The notes beneath the pieces were generated by a model that searched no databases, was not told the DNA's origin, and saw only the letters and a list, made by a program, of their open reading frames with translations. A stretch of 32,000 bases of DNA from Erysipelothrix inopinata (GTDB lineage Bacteria > Bacillota_I > Bacilli_A > Erysipelotrichales > Erysipelotrichaceae). Every line of letters starts with the position of its first letter. Position 1 is the first letter of the stretch. Of this stretch, positions 7,801-14,881 are shown one piece after another. The stretch lies in the NCBI RefSeq assembly GCF_014396165.1, contig NZ_CP060715.1:210001-242000 (forward strand). Reading direction: 5' to 3'. Made by a program: the position numbers and the translations under genes.

Positions 7801-7823
7801 AATAAATGTTTTTAACATTTATT
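7801..7823. repeat. Perfect 10-bp inverted repeat AATAAATGTT-ttt-AACATTTATT
   Basis: Read directly from the sequence. It lies 34 nt upstream of the SD-supported start (7857) of the SPFH-module operon. Confidence 0.9.
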
Positions 7824-7856
7824 CATCGAGGGGTAGAAATTGAAAGGTCTATTAAT

Positions 7857-9089
7857 ATGAAGAAATTATTTAATAAACTTCGTCAATTCATCAAACAGTA
7901 CCCTCTTTTGTTGACGCTTATTTTAGCAGGTGTTGTTTATGTAGGATTGACGTGGTGGATATACCGTCCTAATACATATCGGACACCTTTTTATACGAAT
8001 TCAAAGGATTACACCGAAGTTAGTGGTGCCTATGATTTCAGAGATAGTTATGATTATCTTACGGCTCATACGGATTCAAAAGTAGTGAAGAAAAACTTTG
8101 TACTTGAAGAACCTTATGAGATTACTAATTATCCCGTTACAATTCAGGTGGATGGTTACGAGCTTGTGGAATTTGGAAATGAAATTTCCGTCTCACGCGA
8201 TAGTTATTCCGGAAAAGGACGACACGTCTTGATGGCTCATGTTACTGTCAAAAACGATGGAGACATCGCTTACTTCCTCAGGGATTTTGCTTCTGCTGTT
8301 GACGAAAATTATTCTTCAACCAAAGCGATAAACACCGATGAAACATTTAAAGATTATAACTGGAAAGAGTCAATTTCGTCTTCAGGAATCGTTACATTAG
8401 AGCCACATGACTCCCATTCTGGAACGATGATTTATATTCTCGACGACCATCGCTATCGCAATCTTTTCTTTGAAGGCAGCTTCAAAGTAATGCCGCCTGA
8501 GATGACACACGATAGTGGACGTGCTCGAGGAAACTTTACTTCTCGATACTCATACATTGAGCTTCCAATTGTTGAAGAATTCCATTCACTTTATATGGAA
8601 ACCTTAAAAGCAATACCAACTTCATCGATAAAACGTTCGAATTCAACCGCTGTAGTTGATAAGGAATTTATCGTTGACCAAGAGTTTGATCTCAACGATG
8701 GAAGGCTGAAAGGAAAAGTTAACCGTGTTCAATTCATTCACGAAAAATATAGACCGTTGTATGTTCAAGAACATCCAAATTATCCTGATCCAAATGAATT
8801 TTCATTAGCATTTGATATTACTTATACAAATATTTCTGGTTCACCACTTTCTATCGATTCATTCCAAGCTAATCTTGCGAGAGTTTCATCTGATGTACGC
8901 GTAAGTACTTCAAGCAATGATGTTAGTTCTGTCGTCATCGCACCCGGTGAAACATTCACAGTGAGTTATGACAATAACTATTTACCACGAGATTTTAATA
9001 AGCTTAGAGCTGGCGAAGAAGTGATAATTTCGATACAAGATGGTAGCCGTAATATTCTTGGCACCACAACATTTACATTAAAAGACTAA
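7857..9089 (+). CDS. Membrane-anchored protein with two beta-rich (DUF4352-like) extracytoplasmic domains
   Basis: Start moved from 7806 (no SD) to ATG 7857 (AAAGG upstream). The N-terminus becomes MKKLFNKLRQFIKQYPLLLTLILAGVVYVGLTWWIY, a basic segment followed by one TM. Two repeats of about 130 aa follow, with patterns such as HVTVKNDGD...LEPHDSHSGTMIY and DITYTNISGSP...IAPGETFTVSY. Confidence 0.65.
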   Translation: MKKLFNKLRQFIKQYPLLLTLILAGVVYVGLTWWIYRPNTYRTPFYTNSKDYTEVSGAYDFRDSYDYLTAHTDSKVVKKNFVLEEPYEITNYPVTIQVDGYELVEFGNEISVSRDSYSGKGRHVLMAHVTVKNDGDIAYFLRDFASAVDENYSSTKAINTDETFKDYNWKESISSSGIVTLEPHDSHSGTMIYILDDHRYRNLFFEGSFKVMPPEMTHDSGRARGNFTSRYSYIELPIVEEFHSLYMETLKAIPTSSIKRSNSTAVVDKEFIVDQEFDLNDGRLKGKVNRVQFIHEKYRPLYVQEHPNYPDPNEFSLAFDITYTNISGSPLSIDSFQANLARVSSDVRVSTSSNDVSSVVIAPGETFTVSYDNNYLPRDFNKLRAGEEVIISIQDGSRNILGTTTFTLKD

Positions 9090-9104
9090 AAGGAGACTTA
9101 TATT

Positions 9105-10148
9105 ATGGCATTAATTGATGTAGTAAAATACAATGGATCACAAGATGTATTCGCTTGGAAATTTCCTAACGAAGAACTTAGTACACAGACACAACTTATT
9201 GTTAATGATTCTCAAAGCGCAGTTATCTTTAAAGACGGACGTGCATGTGATGTTTTCGGATCAGGTCGTTATACACTCACAACCAATAATATCCCTCTAC
9301 TAAACGCACTCGTCAAACTTCCATTTGGAAACGAATCACCATTCAAAGCTGAAGTATGGTTTGTTAATCAAGCTCATACATTAGACATTAAGTGGGGAAC
9401 AGCATCACCCGTACAAATTCAAGATCCAAAATATGGAATTATGGTTCCTGTTAGCTCATACGGTCAATTTGGTATTACCGTTAACGACCCAAAACAATTT
9501 CTGATAAAACTTGTTGGGACGCTTCCTTCATTCGGAAGAACTGATGTGAATAACTATTTCCGCGGTGTTTATACAACGCATGTAAAGGATGAAATTTCTA
9601 AGTATTTATTCAACAACAAACTTTCTGTTCTTGAATTAGGAGCTTCATTATCAGAGTTATCCGATTTCATGAAAGAAAGAATGTATGAAACATTTAATGG
9701 ATACGGACTAGAACTCCTCAACTTCTATGTTGAAGATATTAGTCTACCCAAAGATGATGAAAGTGTTATTCGACTTAAAGATGCGCTTTCTAGAAAAGCA
9801 GAAATGGATATTGTCGGTTACGACTATGACAAAGAACGTAGTTATGATGCTCTTGTGGGTCTTTCACAAAATGAAGGTTCTGCAGGCGCTATGGTTGGTA
9901 CCGGTGTTGGTTTAGGAGTTGGTGCAACCATTGGGCAAAAATTTGGCGAAGCAATTGAAACAAACACAGGCTTCACGGATAGTACAAAAACAAAGACTTG
10001 TCCATCATGTAGCGCGACCGTTAAAGAAGGACAAAAATTCTGTCATGAATGTGGTTCTTCATTAAAAGTAACGTGTAAGCAATGTAATACCGAATTAAGT
10101 TCTAGTGATCAATTTTGTCCAGAGTGTGGTACAAAAGTAAATGGCTAA
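9105..10148 (+). CDS. SPFH (band-7) domain protein of the YdjI/COG4260 type with a C-terminal double zinc ribbon
   Basis: MALIDVVKYNGSQDVFAWKFPNEELSTQTQLIVNDSQSAVIFKDGR... is the typical N-terminus of this family. A Gly-rich hydrophobic stretch GSAGAMVGTGVGLGVGATIG follows. Then come CPSC..CHEC and CKQC..CPEC. SD AAAGGAG. Confidence 0.8.
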   Translation: MALIDVVKYNGSQDVFAWKFPNEELSTQTQLIVNDSQSAVIFKDGRACDVFGSGRYTLTTNNIPLLNALVKLPFGNESPFKAEVWFVNQAHTLDIKWGTASPVQIQDPKYGIMVPVSSYGQFGITVNDPKQFLIKLVGTLPSFGRTDVNNYFRGVYTTHVKDEISKYLFNNKLSVLELGASLSELSDFMKERMYETFNGYGLELLNFYVEDISLPKDDESVIRLKDALSRKAEMDIVGYDYDKERSYDALVGLSQNEGSAGAMVGTGVGLGVGATIGQKFGEAIETNTGFTDSTKTKTCPSCSATVKEGQKFCHECGSSLKVTCKQCNTELSSSDQFCPECGTKVNG

Positions 10149-10710
10149 TCGTAACAAAAAAGCAGAAACATCACTTAATCAAAGTGAAGTAATAGATTAT
10201 AAACGCCATTATCCACTGCTTGCTGCAGGTTCATTAATATATGCATTTGGATTATTCCTTTGGGGACAAACAAAGAAACCTTATGCCTATCCAGAATGGC
10301 CAGACTATCTCATGATAACTTTTGCAGTCATCTTGGGTCTGGGTATCGTATATTCAATCTCTAAACGAAATATTATGATTAAGAAGTATAAAAACTATCA
10401 TCATATTATTTACCAAGAAGAGATTTATGATTTAACTGGTATTGCAGATTATACTGACCAATCCGAAGATGCTGTCTTTAACGATATTCAAGAACTCATC
10501 AAGAAGGGTTACTTCAATTTCATTCGAATTAATCCACTAACAAATACTCTTGATGGCGCTTATATCAAAGCACAAAAGAAAAAAATCAAACATGGTGTCA
10601 TTCGTTGTATGGGATGTGGCGCTAACAATGAAGTTACTGAAAACAAGATTACAGAATGCGAATATTGCGGACGTAAATTAACGCTCAGCGAATTCAAACC
10701 TGAAGAATAA
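10141..10710 (+). CDS. Two-TM membrane protein with a cytoplasmic winged-helix-like segment and a C-terminal zinc ribbon
   Basis: It overlaps the SPFH stop by 8 nt (ATGGCTAA). TM helices: LLAAGSLIYAFGLFLWG and LMITFAVILGLGIVYSI. Zinc ribbon: CMGC...CEYC. It is the only long ORF in this interval. Confidence 0.7.
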   Translation: MANRNKKAETSLNQSEVIDYKRHYPLLAAGSLIYAFGLFLWGQTKKPYAYPEWPDYLMITFAVILGLGIVYSISKRNIMIKKYKNYHHIIYQEEIYDLTGIADYTDQSEDAVFNDIQELIKKGYFNFIRINPLTNTLDGAYIKAQKKKIKHGVIRCMGCGANNEVTENKITECEYCGRKLTLSEFKPEE

Positions 10711-10713
10711 AAT

Positions 10714-10750
10714 AAAGTGTTGGTATGTAAAGTTACCAACACTTTTAATT
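10714..10750. terminator. Bidirectional Rho-independent terminator (SPFH operon on +, manA operon on -)
   Basis: 12-bp perfect stem AAAGTGTTGGTA / TACCAACACTTT with an 8-nt loop. T-rich runs follow on both strands. Confidence 0.8.
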
Positions 10751-11703
10751 TATACTCTAATAGATAAGTAACGTCCTTTTCCAGATACAGTGATATCTTG
10801 AGTAGCTGCATCAATGAAAGCTGACTCTCCTTTTTTTAATTTAATGTCGATATCATCAGTCATTAATTCAAGAGTTCCCTCTACCACCACAATTCCTTCA
10901 AATGATTTTCCATCAAGAGAATATTGTTTTTGCGAGTCTAGTTCTACCTCATCGGTTGTGAAGTATGGACATGTCACAAGCGTTCTTTGACGGTACCCAT
11001 GTGAGTCACGCCATTCACCCTGAGCCTTAAAATCTGTATCTTGTTTTCCAAGATTGGAAACTTCAATTGCTTGATCAATATGCAATTTGCGAAGGTTCCC
11101 ATCTTTATCTTTACGATTAAAGTCATAAACACGATACGTTGTATTTGAGTTCTGTTGTATTTCGCACACTACAATTCCTGCACCAATTGCATGAATTGTT
11201 CCTGCTTCCACAAAGATTACATCTCCTTGTTTCACGGAAACTTTATTTAAAACGTCTAAGATTGTATTATTTTCAATGGCTTCTCTGTAAGCTTGGCGAC
11301 TCATATCTTCTTTTACACCGAAATATACACTCGCTTCTGGTGTTGCTTCCAGAACATACCACATCTCCGTCTTACCGTATTCATTTTCATGGATTAGTGC
11401 ATAGTCATCTTTAGGATGGACTTGAATTGATAAGTCGCGATTTGCATCAATAAACTTAACTAAGATAGGAAAGTGACTGAAGTTTTGACCACGACTTCCC
11501 AATACTTCACGTCCTTTTACTTCTATGTATTCAGCAAGCGTTTCGTTAGTGTCATTAATGTAACTCGGACCATCGGGATGTGTTGAAATTTCCCAACTTT
11601 CAGCTAGAGGATTCATTTCCGTTTGTTTATCATAATTTGTTTTCAGTTTGGTTCCACCCCAAAGATAATCTTTATATGAGGGGGATAATTTAACAATGCT
11701 CAT
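10750..11703 (-). CDS. manA: Mannose-6-phosphate isomerase, class I
   Basis: 317 aa. Contains KLSPSYKDYLWGG, LSIQVHPKDDYA, EMWYVLE and AGTIHAIG (cupin metal site). SD GGAGG. The start overlaps the upstream ROK gene end. Confidence 0.85.
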   Translation of the reverse strand: MSIVKLSPSYKDYLWGGTKLKTNYDKQTEMNPLAESWEISTHPDGPSYINDTNETLAEYIEVKGREVLGSRGQNFSHFPILVKFIDANRDLSIQVHPKDDYALIHENEYGKTEMWYVLEATPEASVYFGVKEDMSRQAYREAIENNTILDVLNKVSVKQGDVIFVEAGTIHAIGAGIVVCEIQQNSNTTYRVYDFNRKDKDGNLRKLHIDQAIEVSNLGKQDTDFKAQGEWRDSHGYRQRTLVTCPYFTTDEVELDSQKQYSLDGKSFEGIVVVEGTLELMTDDIDIKLKKGESAFIDAATQDITVSGKGRYLSIRV

Positions 11704-12604
11704 TATTTAGACCTCCAAATTGATTAAAAGCATACAAAGCACCACCAATAAGTCCATTATCATCACCAAGATTTGATTCAACAATATTGAGATTAGATTG
11801 TTGAATTGCATATACTTTATTAAGTACCCGACTTTCAATTTCAGGTATGAAATTTGGTGTTTTGTTGGCAACACCACCACCCAAAACGATGACATGTGGA
11901 TCGAGAATACCAATAATAATTCCAATCATATTCGATAAGTATTCATACATATCATCAATGATCTGCGCAGCAATTTGATTTCCCTTGTAAGCCAGATCAA
12001 ACACATCACCTGCATGAGTGACAATCAAACCTTCTCTTATGGCACGTGTCGTAAGTGCTGTTCCACTACAAATAGATTCCAGAGAACCGGATTTAAGTGT
12101 TCCCATTTGAGGACCATTTTTCCAAAGAATACCATTTGCGATTTCTTCAGCAAATCCGTTTGCACCACGGTAAATATCACCATTAATAACGAGGCCACCA
12201 CCTACACCAGTACTAATGGTCAGATACTGCACACTCTTAAATTCTTTCCCTGCTCCTACAACACTTTCTGCATAACAAGCAAGATTCGCGTCATTTTCTA
12301 CAACAACAGGTAACTTTAGTATTTTTTCTGCTTCTTCTTTCAACTTGAAATGATGCCACCCTTCAAGATTTGGTGGTGTTAGCACAATACCATGATTCAA
12401 ATCTAGTGGACCTGGACACGAAATACCAACCCCGACAAGCTCTTGATCAAAAGTTTCAGCAAAAGCATGTATCTTCGCAAGTGTGAGTTGAGGATGTTTT
12501 ACATCAGTCGCGAAACTTTGTTTTGTGATTATGGTTCCCGCCTCGGTAACAATTGCGAGACGCGTCGAAGTTCCTCCAATATCAACACTCAAAGCATGTC
12601 TCAT
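11690..12604 (-). CDS. ROK-family sugar kinase (lacks the canonical His/Cys zinc motif)
   Basis: N-terminal DIGGTSTR ATP-binding motif and ENDANLA. The ExGH/CxCGxxGC region reads EEIANGILWKNGPQMGTLKSGSLESICSG. ATGA overlap with the upstream ROK. Confidence 0.85.
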   Translation of the reverse strand: MRHALSVDIGGTSTRLAIVTEAGTIITKQSFATDVKHPQLTLAKIHAFAETFDQELVGVGISCPGPLDLNHGIVLTPPNLEGWHHFKLKEEAEKILKLPVVVENDANLACYAESVVGAGKEFKSVQYLTISTGVGGGLVINGDIYRGANGFAEEIANGILWKNGPQMGTLKSGSLESICSGTALTTRAIREGLIVTHAGDVFDLAYKGNQIAAQIIDDMYEYLSNMIGIIIGILDPHVIVLGGGVANKTPNFIPEIESRVLNKVYAIQQSNLNIVESNLGDDNGLIGGALYAFNQFGGLNNEHC

Positions 12605-13488
12605 ATTTGAACATCTCCTTGTTGTGATTGGAATGCTGCTATAGCTCCAACTAAGTTGGCATCATTAAGATAATGGCATGCTTTAATTTCCATAGCTACC
12701 GAATCTAAACCAGCATTTTTCAACATGTTATTGACACGAATGTTGAGCTCCTCAATGAGTGTTTCATTTTGCGAAACTCCGCCACCAATAATGATCAAAC
12801 TTGGATCTGTGACAAATTGTAAGTTATAAAGTCCCAGCGACAGATACCCGTAGAACTTTTCAACTTCTTCCATCGCATCTTTATCACCCTGTTTTGCGAG
12901 TTCAAAAACATCATGTCCAGTAACTGATTGTGGGTCAATTTGTTTTGTTTTTGCGTATCGCTCAGCCATATGAACTGCTGTTCCTAACATACTAAATGTT
13001 TCAACACCATCTAAAATCATACAGCCAAACTCCCCACCAAATAGATTATGACCCTGTTGAATCTCACCATCGATGACCACCGCACCGCCAATACCAGTAC
13101 CCACTACAACAAACAGAACATTCTGTTCATCCTTCGCAACACCTTGCCATATCTCCGCAAGCGCAGCACAGTTCGCATCGTTTTCAATACTAATCGGTAG
13201 ATTAAATAAAGTTTCCATTTCTTTCACAATTTCAAAATTATGAATGTATTCAATCGCTGATATCCCACCCACAATTCCTGTTTCCGAATTCACACTTCCT
13301 GGAGAAGAGATTGCAACTCCCTTCAATTCATGAGTTTCCTTAAATTGATTTACAATTTTTGTCATTTCAGATTTCATATTATTCCACGATTTTGGAGTTG
13401 GAAATGCATCTTGCGATGTCAAACTTTTGTTTTCCCAAATACCATATTTTACAGAACTTCCACCCCAGTCGAACGCTAAAACCGTCAT
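12601..13488 (-). CDS. ROK-family sugar kinase (BglK-like; no Cys-rich zinc motif)
   Basis: Contains AFDWGGSSVKYG, ENDANCAALAE and GGEFGCMIL. The start lies 1 nt after the GH1 stop, with SD AAGGGGGAAAAG. Confidence 0.85.
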   Translation of the reverse strand: MTVLAFDWGGSSVKYGIWENKSLTSQDAFPTPKSWNNMKSEMTKIVNQFKETHELKGVAISSPGSVNSETGIVGGISAIEYIHNFEIVKEMETLFNLPISIENDANCAALAEIWQGVAKDEQNVLFVVVGTGIGGAVVIDGEIQQGHNLFGGEFGCMILDGVETFSMLGTAVHMAERYAKTKQIDPQSVTGHDVFELAKQGDKDAMEEVEKFYGYLSLGLYNLQFVTDPSLIIIGGGVSQNETLIEELNIRVNNMLKNAGLDSVAMEIKACHYLNDANLVGAIAAFQSQQGDVQI

Positions 13489-13489
13489 T

Positions 13490-14881
13490 TTACTTTTCCC
13501 CCTTTTGCTGTGCTTGAATTAATGAACGCATCCAATAGCTACTTGCTTTAGGTGTTCTTTCTTGAGTTTTAAGATCCACACTAATAAAACCGTAGCGATT
13601 GCGATATCCATTAAGCCATGACCAACAGTCTACAAAAGTCCACATATGATAACCAAAGCAGTTTGCACCTTCTTCAATTGCTTTTGATAAATATTCAAGA
13701 TGCTCTTCGACAAACTCAATTCGGTAATCATCTTCGATCATGCCTTCATTGTTTTTAAACCTTGCTTCATCAGCAACTCCCATGCCATTTTCTGAAACGT
13801 ACCATGGAATATTGTGATACTGACTTTGAATCATTCTTGCGATATCTAAAATCGCTTCCGGATATATTTCCCATCCTCGATACGGATTCATTCGTCGTTC
13901 TTCCCAAACATAAGGAATGTATAAATCTTCGGGCACGACGGCTGGATATTTCACATCCGTTCCCGGTGCTTGAACGCGCTTAGGCTGGTAATAATTCACA
14001 CCAAGAAAATCTGCAGTATGACATTTGATTGTTTCTAAATCTTCTGATTTTGTTTCAGGTAAAAGCTTATGATGCTCCAAGGTTTCAATAAGGAAGTCAT
14101 CAAACGAACCGAGAACCATCGCATCTAGGAAACTTGTGATGTTGAGAGCATTCGCAATTTTAGTAGCTTCTAAATCCTCCGATGATTGTGAGCGAGAATA
14201 GACGGGTGTCAGATTAAGAATGATTCCAACTCTGATATCATTTCTAACTTTTTTCATAGCTTGAATTGCTTTCGCATGTGCAAGTATCGTGTGGTACCCC
14301 GCAAGAATCGCAAGCTTAAAATCAACAATAGCTGGGTAATGAAATTCATAGATATAGCTACACTCAACATGAACGATGGGTTCATTAAATGTCGTCCAAT
14401 CATGAATTAAATCACCAAATTGTTCGACACATGTTTTGGCATAGTATGCAAAATAGTCTGCAATTTCTGGGCTAGTCCATCCACCTTTTTCCATCATCCA
14501 CCAAGGCATGTCAAAGTGAAAGAGATTGATGATTGGATGAATACCTTGTTTAAGCATAGTTTCAAAATAGTTTCGATAATAAGCAACAGCTGTTTCATTA
14601 AGTGTTTTTCCATCAGGTAAGAGTCGCGCCCACGAGATTGATGTGCGATATGAATTAAGGTTCATATCATTCATGAGTTGGATATCTTGTGCATAACGAT
14701 GATATACATCTGAGGTGAGTGACGGTCCCACTTCTCGATCAAATTTATCCGGCTCAATTTCAAACCAGTGATCCCACGTTGTTTTTGATTTCCCGTCGCC
14801 TTCGAACGTCCCTTCTGTTTGAGGAGCTGAAGCGGCAGCCCCCCAGAGAAAGTCAGATGGAAATTTGAGTTTATTTTTCAT
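13490..14881 (-). CDS. GH1 beta-glycosidase with a phospho-beta-glycosidase-type C-terminal signature
   Basis: Contains FLWGAAASAPQTEG, TFNEP (acid/base Glu) and YVSENGMG (nucleophile Glu). The C-terminal WTFVDCWSWLNGYRNRYGFISVDLKTQERTPK resembles the LacG-type SWSNGYEKRYG motif rather than the DNFEW motif of beta-glucosidases. Confidence 0.9.
   Translation of the reverse strand: MKNKLKFPSDFLWGAAASAPQTEGTFEGDGKSKTTWDHWFEIEPDKFDREVGPSLTSDVYHRYAQDIQLMNDMNLNSYRTSISWARLLPDGKTLNETAVAYYRNYFETMLKQGIHPIINLFHFDMPWWMMEKGGWTSPEIADYFAYYAKTCVEQFGDLIHDWTTFNEPIVHVECSYIYEFHYPAIVDFKLAILAGYHTILAHAKAIQAMKKVRNDIRVGIILNLTPVYSRSQSSEDLEATKIANALNITSFLDAMVLGSFDDFLIETLEHHKLLPETKSEDLETIKCHTADFLGVNYYQPKRVQAPGTDVKYPAVVPEDLYIPYVWEERRMNPYRGWEIYPEAILDIARMIQSQYHNIPWYVSENGMGVADEARFKNNEGMIEDDYRIEFVEEHLEYLSKAIEEGANCFGYHMWTFVDCWSWLNGYRNRYGFISVDLKTQERTPKASSYWMRSLIQAQQKGEK

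Noticed and set aside
7660-7856. Possible riboswitch or T-box in the long non-coding stretch upstream of the SPFH module.
   Set aside because: I could not recognise any known riboswitch core, T-box sequence or specifier architecture. Only the hairpins reported as findings are present.
7966-7979. GTGGATATACCGTC, a 10/14 match to the 14-mer operator candidate.
   Set aside because: It lies inside the coding sequence of the ectodomain protein (codons for WWIYRP). The flanking positions that make the palindrome are not conserved, so this is likely chance.
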